From positions 248,001-312,000 of the IMG/VR virus record IMGVR_UViG_3300043399_000877: a DNA stretch of 64,000 bases; one strand, 5' to 3'. Shown in pieces: positions 9,639 through 20,008 of this stretch. Within the stretch, counting starts at the first letter, position 1; each line of letters begins with the position of its first letter. The notes below the pieces were generated by a model. The model was not told the origin of the DNA, did no database searches, and saw only the letters and a list, made by a program, of their open reading frames with translations. The translations under genes were made by a program, and so were the position numbers.

Positions 9639-11054
9639 ATGTCCGATAAATTACCTTCAGAAACATTTTGTATATTACCCTGGGTTCATTTGAGCACCCG
9701 TCCCGATGGATCAATGAGAGTTTGCTGTACAGCAAACGCGAGCAGCGTGGGTCCCACAAACGATAAAGAGTATGGTGGTCAAGTTGGTATTTTAAAAACC
9801 GACGATGGGAAGCCAAATAACTTAAATGTGAGCGACTTTTTGTCCAGTTGGAACAGCAACTATATGAAAAATGTTCGCAAACAAATGCTAAATGGAGAAA
9901 AACCCCCGAGTTGCTTGAAATGCTATAAAGAAGAAGCGGCTGGCCATCGAAGTAAGAGAATGTGGGAAACTGATTATTGGAAGCAGCGTGTAGACTTGGA
10001 TAAAATATTGTCCGAAACAAACGATGACGGCAGTGTACCACCACAGCTTGCATACATAGATCTTCGATTTGGTACTAAATGTCAACTTGCCTGTGTCATG
10101 TGCAGCCCACATGACAGCAGTGGGTGGATAAAAGATTGGAAGGCAATTTTTCCAGAAGTTGAAAATGCAAGTCTTAGAGAAATTATGCAATGGGAAAACA
10201 AAGGCAGTACCAACGGTAGCAGCTATAATTGGCATAAGCAAAATCCCAGATTTTGGAAACAGTTTTACGAACAAATTCCAAATATGCAACAGATTTATTT
10301 TGCAGGAGGTGAAAGCCTCATTATTGAAGAACATTACGAAATTCTTGAAGAGTGCATTCGTCAAGGATATGCTAAAAATTTGGAACTTAGATACAACTCA
10401 AACGGAGTTGAGTGGAGAGAAGATCTTTTTGACTTGTGGAAAGAATTTAAACTTGTACGGTTTCACTATAGTATAGATAGTATTAAAGAAATGAACGACT
10501 ACATTCGGTATCCTAGTAAATGGAAACGACAAGAGGAAGTATTTCATATACTGGATAGTGAAACTAGTGATAACGTAGAAATCACCATAGCCTGTGCAGT
10601 ACAGGCACTTAATGTATATTACTTGCCTGATTTTATACAATGGAAATTAGAACAAGGATTTAAAAAAGTCAATATGTGGCCGTTTGGCGCTGGTGGAATT
10701 AGCCAGCATTTTGTGTACTGGCCAGCACATTTGAATGTTAAAGTATTACCTAAGTGGTTTAAAGAAAAATGTCGAAAAAAATACGAATCATGGTATCCCT
10801 GGTGGGAAGCAAACTGGGAAAAAGGTATACCCGCCTGGCACAAGGATACTGTTACTTTTGAACAATGGCGTAATGCTGAATATGGAATTAAACGCCTGAA
10901 TGGGATACTTAGCTTTATGGAAAGCGAAGACTGGAGCCAAAGGCTTCCTGAAATGGAAGAATTTTTAAATCTTTGTGATAAGCAACGTGGTGTTAGCTTT
11001 TCAGAAACATTCCCAGAAATGAAGGACATATTTGGCAATGACGAATCGTCTTGA
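9639..11054 (+). CDS. Radical SAM enzyme with N-terminal twitch/SPASM-like cluster
   Basis: FCILPW...VCC...CLKC, then CQLACVMC, AGGES, SNG, SIDS. Confidence 0.92.
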   Translation: MSDKLPSETFCILPWVHLSTRPDGSMRVCCTANASSVGPTNDKEYGGQVGILKTDDGKPNNLNVSDFLSSWNSNYMKNVRKQMLNGEKPPSCLKCYKEEAAGHRSKRMWETDYWKQRVDLDKILSETNDDGSVPPQLAYIDLRFGTKCQLACVMCSPHDSSGWIKDWKAIFPEVENASLREIMQWENKGSTNGSSYNWHKQNPRFWKQFYEQIPNMQQIYFAGGESLIIEEHYEILEECIRQGYAKNLELRYNSNGVEWREDLFDLWKEFKLVRFHYSIDSIKEMNDYIRYPSKWKRQEEVFHILDSETSDNVEITIACAVQALNVYYLPDFIQWKLEQGFKKVNMWPFGAGGISQHFVYWPAHLNVKVLPKWFKEKCRKKYESWYPWWEANWEKGIPAWHKDTVTFEQWRNAEYGIKRLNGILSFMESEDWSQRLPEMEEFLNLCDKQRGVSFSETFPEMKDIFGNDESS

Positions 11055-12501
11055 TATACTAATATGCATTGTACCTAAAATTTTTCCAGATGCGCCCACA
11101 GTGGGCCCAGCAGTGTTAAAAGCTCATATTGAATCTGCTGGGTTTTCTTGTGAAGTTGTTGATTTAAACGTAAAATTATACAATGAGTTTAAAAAACACG
11201 GAGATGAAGATCAGTTTTTTGAAAAAGACAGTGCATTCAGATGCCGCGATGTTGAAAAAGTAGATGAAGTTTTCGGAGAAAACTATAAAAAATACAAATA
11301 CGTTTTTGATGAGTGGATTGATTTCTTTAAAGAGAAAAACCCAAAATGGATAGGCTTGAGTTTGTTAACAGTGATGAGCAGTGCTGTTGCAATAAAACTA
11401 AGTAAACTTATTAGAGAACATTTACCAGAAACAAAAATAGTGTGGGGTGGCGCCGAAGTTACAAGAGGCCGAACCATGCAGTATTTTGAAAAGGGTTTAA
11501 TAGATCATTGGATAAGTGGTGACGGGGAAGTTCCCATTGTTAAATTGTTAAACGGTGATTTAGACAATAATGGAATAGATGATCGTCCCCCGTTTCAGTT
11601 AATCAACATAAACGAAGTGTTGGTGCCCAACTATGATGATATAGAATGGAACGAATACCCGTTTATTAATCAACCCAAACCTGCATATATTACAGGAAGT
11701 CGGGGGTGTGTTAAACGCTGTGATTTTTGTAATGTTTATGAAATTTGGCCACAGTATGTTTTTAGAAGCGGTGCGCATATAGCCAATGAAATAATACAAG
11801 TTAAACAGAAGTATGATAGAACTACTTTTAAATTTACAGACAGTTTAATTAATGGTAGTATGAAAGCATTTAGGGAAATGCTGCAAATATTAGCAGATTA
11901 TAATAAAACACGAAAAACAGATGACGAAAAAATAAGATGGCATAGTCAATGGATAGTTAGAAATTTTAGACAAAGCCCTGAAGAGGATTATCGTCTCATG
12001 AAGGAAAGTGGGTGTTACGGTCTTGACGTTGGTGTTGAAAGTTTTAGCCAAAATGTAAGATTTGAGTTGGGGAAAAAATTTACAGACGACGATATGTGGT
12101 GGTGTTTTGAAATGCTACAAAAGTATGAGATACACCATACACTATTAATGTTTGTTGGGCACCCATTTGAAACAGACGCCGATCACCAAATTACTTTGCA
12201 AACTATTAGACAGTTATACGAAAAAGGATATGCTGGAAAAAAGACTGATGAAAAACGGTTAATGTATATTAGTATGGCAAACACTATGATGCTTTCTGAT
12301 GATACTCCAGTATGGAATAAAGTAAAAGATGAACTAGAGTATTGGCATAACGACTGGAATTGGAAATTTCGTGATAACACGCTTGAAGTAAGATTGCGAC
12401 GCCTCGAGGAAGCAAACGATCTGTTATCTGAACTTGCGGGTCAAGAAAGATCTTGGATGGTACGTAAAAAGATTGAGATGATAAAGAAAAGTTTTGGATA
12501 A
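11032..12501 (+). CDS. B12-binding (class B-like) radical SAM enzyme
   Basis: N-terminal cobalamin-domain motifs (PTVGPAVLKA, WIGLS, IVWGG), then SRGCVKRCDFC, FTDSLING, GVES. Confidence 0.88.
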   Translation: MAMTNRLDILICIVPKIFPDAPTVGPAVLKAHIESAGFSCEVVDLNVKLYNEFKKHGDEDQFFEKDSAFRCRDVEKVDEVFGENYKKYKYVFDEWIDFFKEKNPKWIGLSLLTVMSSAVAIKLSKLIREHLPETKIVWGGAEVTRGRTMQYFEKGLIDHWISGDGEVPIVKLLNGDLDNNGIDDRPPFQLININEVLVPNYDDIEWNEYPFINQPKPAYITGSRGCVKRCDFCNVYEIWPQYVFRSGAHIANEIIQVKQKYDRTTFKFTDSLINGSMKAFREMLQILADYNKTRKTDDEKIRWHSQWIVRNFRQSPEEDYRLMKESGCYGLDVGVESFSQNVRFELGKKFTDDDMWWCFEMLQKYEIHHTLLMFVGHPFETDADHQITLQTIRQLYEKGYAGKKTDEKRLMYISMANTMMLSDDTPVWNKVKDELEYWHNDWNWKFRDNTLEVRLRRLEEANDLLSELAGQERSWMVRKKIEMIKKSFG

Positions 12502-13565
12502 TGCCGTTTTGTAGTGCTCTAACAAATCATATGTGTATTACAGTGGCGGCAAGTTGGCGCCCTTGTTGTCGTTTTAATAACTTTCCGTCTGTAGACATAA
12601 ATCAAGTTGATTTCAAGTCTTATCAGGAAAGCAGTTTTTATAAGTCTATTAAGACAGACATGGAATCTGGTTGGGCAGCTGGATGTAAAAAATGCAAAGA
12701 AGAAGAAGAGCGCGGTCAAACAAGTTTACGCGAAGTTTTGAATAAAACTTTATCAGGAAGCTCGGATATTGAATACATTGAAATTAGTTTAAGTAATAAA
12801 TGTAATCTTGCTTGTAAAATGTGCTCACCCACATACAGTACTTTTTGGAATAAGTTAGTATCTGACACACCATCGTTAACTGAATATTACAGTACAGTTA
12901 CGCAACCAAAAATCAGTGTAGAAAAGATTTTTTCATCTGTTGACTTGTCTAAGTTAAAAAAAATTAAATACCTTGGCGGAGAACCATTTATAACTCCAGA
13001 AATAAAAGAATTGTTTGATTTTTTAGAGGCAAAGGGAGTAATACAGAATATTGAATTTGAATGTAATACAAATTGTACGCTGTTCCCCACTAAATGGTTA
13101 ACCTACTTAGATAAATTTAAAAACGTAATAATAGAGTTGAGCATTGATGGTATTGGAACTGTTAACGATTATATTAGATACGGGAAAACTTGGGATGTTA
13201 TTGAAAAAAATATTGTAAAATGGTCCAAAACCAATTATAATGTAAGCATTTATAGCACTGTGCAGGCATATAATTTACATGATATGAAAAATGTTAAAGA
13301 ATTTGCAAGTAGTTTGTCATTAAAACATTATAGCAGCCTATTAGTGGTACCTGAGTTTCTAAGTGTACATGCCTTGCCGCCGGAATATTTAGAAATAGTT
13401 AAAGACGATTATAACCAAAAGTATTTTAAAAGTATAAAACACAACAACAGATTTTCTGAATTAACTAAATTTACAAAGACGATGGATATTTCCACCGGAT
13501 TGTATTTAAAAGATGTAATACCGTTATTACACACATTTATGGAGAATAAAAATGAGCCAACTTGA
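12501..13565 (+). CDS. Radical SAM enzyme with N-terminal twitch/SPASM-like cluster
   Basis: FC...PCC...CKKC, then CNLACKMC, LGGEPF, SIDG. Confidence 0.92.
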   Translation: MPFCSALTNHMCITVAASWRPCCRFNNFPSVDINQVDFKSYQESSFYKSIKTDMESGWAAGCKKCKEEEERGQTSLREVLNKTLSGSSDIEYIEISLSNKCNLACKMCSPTYSTFWNKLVSDTPSLTEYYSTVTQPKISVEKIFSSVDLSKLKKIKYLGGEPFITPEIKELFDFLEAKGVIQNIEFECNTNCTLFPTKWLTYLDKFKNVIIELSIDGIGTVNDYIRYGKTWDVIEKNIVKWSKTNYNVSIYSTVQAYNLHDMKNVKEFASSLSLKHYSSLLVVPEFLSVHALPPEYLEIVKDDYNQKYFKSIKHNNRFSELTKFTKTMDISTGLYLKDVIPLLHTFMENKNEPT

Positions 13566-14445
13566 CGAGCCCGGTTACTACCAGTTACCGATGGACCACC
13601 CAATCGCAATTGAAAATGTGCGCAGGCATTCAAGCAAAGCAGAGTGTGTTGAAAACATGTGGGATCAAACAGAACTTGAGTGGCTTTGGAAGAATGCATT
13701 TACGGCAGATTACAATGTTCCGAGATTGAATAGAAATGGAACAGTAATTATCGATGTTGACATGGGTAAAATATATCAACGTTACAAAGAAAAATTTGAT
13801 GAAGCGTTAGGCCCGCTTGCCGAAAAGACTCCGGTAATCGGAGGAAATTATTTTATCACACCACAGCAATATGGTTTGCATCAAGATGCAATGCGTGAAA
13901 AAGGCTACAAAAATATGCTACAGCACGTACCGTTAAATCATCCTCAACGAAAATACACAACTTGGAAGAACATTATTACCCCGCTGTGGATAGGTACTCA
14001 CCTTGACACTGTTGATGGTGGACAAATAGTTTTTTTTGAAGAACGCGATATAGGTTGGGCTAAAGTTTACAACGGTGGTGCTGAAACAAAAAACATTGCT
14101 AGTATATACGAGATTGTAACTGATTACAAACATCTACAATTTTACGACAGACATGGCAATCCAATGCCACCATCTGACGAGCCATTTGACAAAGATTTTT
14201 ATAATAAGTATATGAATACTCCCTATCGCAGGTTGCAAGGGTTAAATCCTGAAACAGTGTTTGATTGGGTCCCAGGTTCACCTTGTATTTTTGATGCAGT
14301 TCAATTACATGCAACAAACGAAGGCACAAAGGGTAGTGAACACAAAAAGACTTGGAATAGTAAAATGGGTCTTTTAATGACATTTATGATTGAATTGGAC
14401 GAAGACTTGTTAATAGAATGGCGCAAAGAACAGGAACAAATGTAA
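13552..14445 (+). CDS. 2OG-Fe(II) dioxygenase-like protein
   Basis: HxD (LHQD) and a distal His (FDAVQLH) with double-stranded beta-helix spacing. Confidence 0.6.
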   Translation: MSQLDEPGYYQLPMDHPIAIENVRRHSSKAECVENMWDQTELEWLWKNAFTADYNVPRLNRNGTVIIDVDMGKIYQRYKEKFDEALGPLAEKTPVIGGNYFITPQQYGLHQDAMREKGYKNMLQHVPLNHPQRKYTTWKNIITPLWIGTHLDTVDGGQIVFFEERDIGWAKVYNGGAETKNIASIYEIVTDYKHLQFYDRHGNPMPPSDEPFDKDFYNKYMNTPYRRLQGLNPETVFDWVPGSPCIFDAVQLHATNEGTKGSEHKKTWNSKMGLLMTFMIELDEDLLIEWRKEQEQM

Positions 14446-15051
14446 ATGATAATAAACGATGCAATGGAGATACCCGGGCAAACCGATGAGAAACAGCATC
14501 TCTGGTATCAAAAAATTATTGAGTGGTTCCATTATCCTCCTGCGGTGTTGGAAATAGGGTGTGCTTGGGGTAGAAGTTCATGGGCATGGTTGGATTGTAT
14601 GAACATGGATGGAAGTTATTTAGAAATTTTAGATAACTGGTCATATTCAAAAAATTTTAAACAACTTAACGGATTTAAACTATCTAATGAAACCTATTAT
14701 AAATTTATAAGTGATGTATCCCCCAATTACGATCAAAAAGAAATATTACTATATAATTTAAAGCAACATAAAAATTTTCAAAAAATTAAAAAAATTCATA
14801 CAGGCGTATATTCGGATGCATCAAAACATTATGATATTGTTTATTTAGACGATGATCATAGTCAAAAAAATGTATCAAATGAACTAGAGCATTTTAATGG
14901 TGTTCCAGTTATGTGTGGTGATGATTTTGAAAATACTCATCCAGGTGTTATAAAAGCAATTTGTAAATTTTATCACAATAATTTTAACAAATACAAGTTA
15001 TATATAGATCCTGATGCTAGGTTTTGGGCGTTAAAAAGAACGGACATGTAA
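14446..15051 (+). CDS. Class I SAM methyltransferase (Methyltransf_24-like)
   Basis: LEIGCAWGRSS, DIVYLDDDHS, MCGDDF. Confidence 0.8.
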   Translation: MIINDAMEIPGQTDEKQHLWYQKIIEWFHYPPAVLEIGCAWGRSSWAWLDCMNMDGSYLEILDNWSYSKNFKQLNGFKLSNETYYKFISDVSPNYDQKEILLYNLKQHKNFQKIKKIHTGVYSDASKHYDIVYLDDDHSQKNVSNELEHFNGVPVMCGDDFENTHPGVIKAICKFYHNNFNKYKLYIDPDARFWALKRTDM

Positions 15052-16208
15052 TGAGCAAAAATTTATATTGTAGTGAGCCTTACAAGCAAGTGCATTTTGA
15101 TAGCAGGGGGAATTTAGGTCCATGTTGTCAGTATGTGGGCAACCGTATGGATTTTAATACTTTAAATGAATACCTAGCAAGTGAGTGGTTGGATGATCTA
15201 AAAACCCGACTAAACTCTGGTGAAAAAGTAACCGGATGTAGTTTCTGCTGGAAACAAGAGAACGATGGCGCCAAAAGCATGCGTCAAAAACGTAACGAAT
15301 ATTACAAAAACAAACCCAATAATGGTATTGAACATATAATGATTACATATGGCAATCAATGCAACACTGCATGCCGCATATGTAATGCAAGTAGAAGCAG
15401 TTTAATTGAAAAACAATACAAAGAGATGAAAGATCATGTAACTGATCCGGATACTTTAAATTTAATAAGCAAAAAACATACTTGGAACAAAACAAAAACT
15501 TGGTACCGAAATATAAACAATGATATAATATCAATTGCAGATACTATTCGCAAAATTGAAATCAGTGGTGGTGAACCCTTCATAAACGTTCATTTTGATA
15601 GACTTATTGACGGTTTGATAGAATCTGGTAAAAAACTACCAGGACTTAATATTACAACTAACGGTAGTTTTACTGAAGACCAAATTGTTAAATTAGAAAA
15701 GTTTGACCACCTACATATAAATTTTAGTATTGATGGCGTGGGAAAAGAATTTTACGAGTATATAAGATGGCCGCTAAAATGGGACGACGTTCTTTCTAAA
15801 ATTGATATTTTAAAAAAATACCCCTGGATAACCTGTGAATTTGTTATAGTACCACATAATTTAAATTTATTAAATCTTACCGATAGCATTGTCTGGCTTA
15901 AAGAATATACTGAATATGACAGTAGATTCAAGATAGGATTCAGTTGGCTTAACGGCGCTCCGTGGTACAGTCTTGATAATAGTCCAAAATGGGCAAGAGA
16001 TAAAGTAATAGCAGAACTTGAAAGTGTTATACTTGTTGATTATACTGCTGATGAACAAGAACAAATATTAGAACTAATACATATTCTTAAAAATGCAAAC
16101 TCGCCAAAAAACTTGGAAATGTTTGTAAATCATATAGCACTTACCGACAAATATCGTGGGTGTGACACTTTTAAAACCTTGGGTTGGACTGTTGACGAGA
16201 TACAATAA
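15051..16208 (+). CDS. Radical SAM enzyme with N-terminal twitch/SPASM-like cluster
   Basis: YC...PCC...CSFC, then CNTACRIC, SGGEPF, TTNG, FSIDG. Confidence 0.92.
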   Translation: MSKNLYCSEPYKQVHFDSRGNLGPCCQYVGNRMDFNTLNEYLASEWLDDLKTRLNSGEKVTGCSFCWKQENDGAKSMRQKRNEYYKNKPNNGIEHIMITYGNQCNTACRICNASRSSLIEKQYKEMKDHVTDPDTLNLISKKHTWNKTKTWYRNINNDIISIADTIRKIEISGGEPFINVHFDRLIDGLIESGKKLPGLNITTNGSFTEDQIVKLEKFDHLHINFSIDGVGKEFYEYIRWPLKWDDVLSKIDILKKYPWITCEFVIVPHNLNLLNLTDSIVWLKEYTEYDSRFKIGFSWLNGAPWYSLDNSPKWARDKVIAELESVILVDYTADEQEQILELIHILKNANSPKNLEMFVNHIALTDKYRGCDTFKTLGWTVDEIQ

Positions 16209-16249
16209 TTTACTATTTTTAAAAATTAAATATAACAAAAAGGTGTATA

Positions 16250-17227
16250 ATGGACTGGAATGCTGTAGTAATTATTAGAACAAATGCTAAGTCTATTGCA
16301 GAATCTGTAACAAATGAAATAAAGAACGAGTTCCCATACAGAACTTCTGAATTTTATAAATGTACTAGAGATTTGGAATTTATATTGCAAGCATTGTCGA
16401 CATGCATACAATTAGACAATACGCAAGCTGTTGATGATGTAATACGCATGTTCTACAAAGGTGGCAAACTTAGGTTAAAGTCGATCGATGTTGAGTTAAT
16501 AGCATATGATAAACTTAAATTAAAACTTTTTGAGCTATTGTCTAAAAATGAAATAAAAGATTCTACTAAAGAAATTATTTCAAATTGCATTATTTTATTA
16601 AAAACTTCGCTGAACAGTGGGTATATTGGTGTCGAACAATCCTGGGAATATAGAAAAAATTATAAAATTTTTACATCAGACCCTGTGCCTAAATATTTAG
16701 AAAATGTGATAGATAATATATTGATACATTGTCCTATGCAGGATTCTAAAACCACAGAATTTGTAATATTAAAAACAACTTATGATGACATAAAGTTGCG
16801 AGAAAACTTAACAAAACATATTTTTAAAAATGATGCTAGTGGATTTCATGAAATAGCTCCCATAACTGCACCGTTGGTTTATTATTGCTGTAATAAAACC
16901 AATCCTGAATCTAATTCTTTTTTGAACATAGGTTTGCACGGCGGCGCAGCACTTGCAGAAATTAGAAATAATGGTTTTGATTTTAGTTTTATAGGCTGCA
17001 CATCTGATAATGTTTCTAACAAAACAGAGAAGGAACTTATTAAACGCATTCAATCTCGATTTAATTTAGATTTTGATATATGCTTGCCGTGCGTTGCGTT
17101 TTGCATCGGAAAAGCAAACAGGGAAGTTAATACTATCAATGTATACAAATGTAAAGATGGGACTGAATTAAGATATAGAACAACACTTGAACCATCGGTA
17201 ATAAAACCAAAGGTTCTTTTTACTTAA
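16250..17227 (+). CDS. Fusion of an N-terminal helical (KCxRD) domain and a nitroreductase-like domain
   Basis: KCTRDLEFIL in the N-terminal half. The C-terminal half has RKNYKIFTSDPVP...HCP, TAPLV, GFDFSFIGC and FCIGK, resembling the nitroreductase fold. Confidence 0.55.
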   Translation: MDWNAVVIIRTNAKSIAESVTNEIKNEFPYRTSEFYKCTRDLEFILQALSTCIQLDNTQAVDDVIRMFYKGGKLRLKSIDVELIAYDKLKLKLFELLSKNEIKDSTKEIISNCIILLKTSLNSGYIGVEQSWEYRKNYKIFTSDPVPKYLENVIDNILIHCPMQDSKTTEFVILKTTYDDIKLRENLTKHIFKNDASGFHEIAPITAPLVYYCCNKTNPESNSFLNIGLHGGAALAEIRNNGFDFSFIGCTSDNVSNKTEKELIKRIQSRFNLDFDICLPCVAFCIGKANREVNTINVYKCKDGTELRYRTTLEPSVIKPKVLFT

Positions 17228-18074
17228 TATTATTTTTTAAAAACCTTAGTAATGGCCTAACGCCCACTGGCCGGTCATCGAACGTTTTAGCCAAATGGAT
17301 TGCTTTTGTAGGTTTTAAATTAAAATCTTTTAAAACTTGCTGATATTCTTTTTCATAAGTCCTCCAAAAATATTCGGGACCAAAGTATTCCATAAATTTT
17401 ATGCCCATGCTTACGATAGCCTGACTATTCATATTAAAATCGTTCATTATAGTAATCGGGCCATTCTGGGTGCCCCTTGCAAATCTTAGGCCAATTCTGT
17501 TTCCGCCCAGTCCGCCCTTGCTGAGGCTTATGCAAAACGTATCTATTGCTGGGTGTGAAAAATCAAATTCTATATCTCGTATACAACTTATCCACGCTCC
17601 GTCAATGTGTACTTTTATCCCTAAATTATGACAGGCGTCCAATATTTCTTTCATTTGAGGGTGAATATCACCAAAGAACGGAAATGGCATAGCTATTAGT
17701 AGTTCTTTATTTGGGTCCAATGTTTCAACGGTTGTATACACAATGTTGGGATTTAACCTCCAATGATATTTGTAATCATTTTCAAATATCATCAAGTTGC
17801 CTTTTCGTTGATATAAATCGTCTATGTATTGAGTACATCCCTGTGTAATGTCGAGACGACTAAATTTATCTAAACCCGAAAACGTGCTGTATTTGTGGTC
17901 TTTAATCCATTTTACAAAATTTTCTTTAAATATCTCATCTAAATTACTAGTATGTATTGGATTTTCTACATAAAATTTATCATAAAATTTGTTTATGTTA
18001 GAGTCGTACATTGGTTGTGGACGATCATACTGCAACCATTCTTCTGTGTATTGTCTATGTGTGCTGTCTCTCAT
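17220..18074 (-). CDS. PLP-dependent fold-type I enzyme (aminotransferase-like)
   Basis: VHIDGAW (PLP-binding DxA) and SLSKG...NRIG (Schiff-base Lys). It is the only inverted gene inside the + strand island. Confidence 0.75.
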   Translation of the reverse strand: MRDSTHRQYTEEWLQYDRPQPMYDSNINKFYDKFYVENPIHTSNLDEIFKENFVKWIKDHKYSTFSGLDKFSRLDITQGCTQYIDDLYQRKGNLMIFENDYKYHWRLNPNIVYTTVETLDPNKELLIAMPFPFFGDIHPQMKEILDACHNLGIKVHIDGAWISCIRDIEFDFSHPAIDTFCISLSKGGLGGNRIGLRFARGTQNGPITIMNDFNMNSQAIVSMGIKFMEYFGPEYFWRTYEKEYQQVLKDFNLKPTKAIHLAKTFDDRPVGVRPLLRFLKNNIK

Positions 18075-18086
18075 ATAAATATTTAT
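18074..18086. promoter_or_regulatory. Back-to-back ATAAATA late-promoter-like motifs (palindrome ATAAATATTTAT)
   Basis: TATAAATA on + (18074-18081) and ATAAATA on - (18080-18086) lie between divergent genes. The T4 late consensus is TATAAATA. Confidence 0.55.
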
Positions 18087-18131
18087 GTGTACTTTATAAT
18101 GCAAATAATAATGTGATTTTCGGAGAAATTA

Positions 18132-19229
18132 ATGAAAAAAAAGCCATTTTGCTATGCTCCATGGGTTTCTGTAAGATATCGGAATACGACAGATAATAGA
18201 GTGTCACCATGTTGCCAATGGAACGATGAACACTTTACAGGTAACATAACAGAATATTATAATTCTAAATTTTTAAAAAATGTAAAATCAAATATGATTA
18301 AACATAACATGAATGAAATATCCAAAACATGTATAGAATGTATAAATGCAGAAAAACATAATGTTGAATCCTCACGAGAATATTACAATAATGCTGTGCG
18401 CATGGGAACGTTTGTTCCTGGACAACTTAACAAACTAGATCTTAGACCAGATACTCTATGCAATTTAAAGTGCATTATGTGCAGTCCAAAAAGTTCTAGT
18501 TTAATTGAAGAAGAGTTAATAAAACACGAAAATTTTCAACCATTTGAGTACTCTGATACAACTGACGTTGTCGACTTAGATCTATCAAATTTAAAAGCTT
18601 TAAAATTAGTTGGTGGTGAGCCTACAATAAGTAAAAAAATGTTTTACATCATGGATCATTTAATAGAAAAAGATATCGCAAAAAATATAAGCATTGAATA
18701 TATAACAAATTGCACAAGTGTTAATAAAAAATGGTTATCTCGTGTTGAACAATTTAAAAAACATATGGTTACAATGTCAGTAGACGCAACTGGTAAGTGT
18801 TTTGAGTACATTCGTCATGGTACTTCATGGGAACTAGTTGAAAGAAATATATTAAAGTTAACGGAAATAGCAGACGATTATGATTTTAATATAGTTGCAC
18901 AAGCAACAAACTTTGCAGTAATTGAAGATTGGTTTGAATATTTTATTCAATATGACATTCAGCATATCAGAATGTCGCATTTTTACGGAGATTATCCATT
19001 GGGCCTTAATGTTATACCTGATTACCTAAAACAAGAAAAAATAAATTATCTTGAAAAATTTGATCATCCACTTGCAACTCAGGCAATCACTTATCTTAAA
19101 AATTCTAAGTTTAGTAAAAAAACATTTGACTTATTTTGGAAAAATACTGAAATACGCGACAAAAGAAGAAATGTAAGCATTTTTGATGTGAGTCCGGTAT
19201 TTGAAAAAATGAAAAATAGTCACATGTAA
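18132..19229 (+). CDS. Radical SAM enzyme with N-terminal twitch/SPASM-like cluster
   Basis: FCYAPW...PCC...CIEC, then CNLKCIMC, GGEPT, SVDA. Confidence 0.92.
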   Translation: MKKKPFCYAPWVSVRYRNTTDNRVSPCCQWNDEHFTGNITEYYNSKFLKNVKSNMIKHNMNEISKTCIECINAEKHNVESSREYYNNAVRMGTFVPGQLNKLDLRPDTLCNLKCIMCSPKSSSLIEEELIKHENFQPFEYSDTTDVVDLDLSNLKALKLVGGEPTISKKMFYIMDHLIEKDIAKNISIEYITNCTSVNKKWLSRVEQFKKHMVTMSVDATGKCFEYIRHGTSWELVERNILKLTEIADDYDFNIVAQATNFAVIEDWFEYFIQYDIQHIRMSHFYGDYPLGLNVIPDYLKQEKINYLEKFDHPLATQAITYLKNSKFSKKTFDLFWKNTEIRDKRRNVSIFDVSPVFEKMKNSHM

Positions 19230-19276
19230 CCGGATAGGCAAGATACTAGAATAAATATGTTAAATTGGGGATCAAC

Positions 19277-20008
19277 ATGGATAACAAGTTCTTTATACCT
19301 GACAATGTAACAGGTATAGTTATAAAATTGTCAGGTGGTGCTGACAGTTCTATACTATATTATGGGTTATGTAAACACATAGTTGAGAACAATTTAAGTA
19401 TACCTATATATGTAACATCTATGGACACAAATAGAAAACCTTGGTACAGCCATTATGCAAAAAAAGTCATAAATTTTACAAAACAAGAAACTGGAATATC
19501 ACCCGTAGAGCATAGAATTCATTTCTTAGACGGCAACTGGACTATGGATGATTATGTACAAACTCAACATGATTTAATGATGTCAGTTATTGATGACAAA
19601 CTTGCAAATGTGGCGTATAGCGGGTTAACTCAAAATCCAACTAGAAAAGATTTACACAGAACTCGAAAACATAAAGATTTTAACAAAAACGGTTTAAAAT
19701 ATCTTGATGAAAATCTAAACGGAACAGATTCTAGTAGAAATGATCATTCAAATAAAAAAGTAGTAAATTACAACGGGCACTTCATAATGATCAATCCGTT
19801 TATACACAAAACAAAAAAAGAAGTATTTAACTGGTATAAACATTATAATGTACTAGATACTCTTTTTCCATTAACTTATAGTTGTGAAGAATCAGATAAT
19901 GAATACAAGAAGTTAATTAAAGTTGAAGACGGGTTTGCAGAAATGTCGCACTGTGGATTTTGTTGGTTTTGCATGGAACGTATATACGCATTTGGAAGAC
20001 TCGTATGA
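19277..20008 (+). CDS. QueC-like PP-loop ATPase
   Basis: KLSGGADS PP-loop, NPF..TK, TYSC...HCGFCWFCMER Zn site. Confidence 0.8.
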   Translation: MDNKFFIPDNVTGIVIKLSGGADSSILYYGLCKHIVENNLSIPIYVTSMDTNRKPWYSHYAKKVINFTKQETGISPVEHRIHFLDGNWTMDDYVQTQHDLMMSVIDDKLANVAYSGLTQNPTRKDLHRTRKHKDFNKNGLKYLDENLNGTDSSRNDHSNKKVVNYNGHFIMINPFIHKTKKEVFNWYKHYNVLDTLFPLTYSCEESDNEYKKLIKVEDGFAEMSHCGFCWFCMERIYAFGRLV

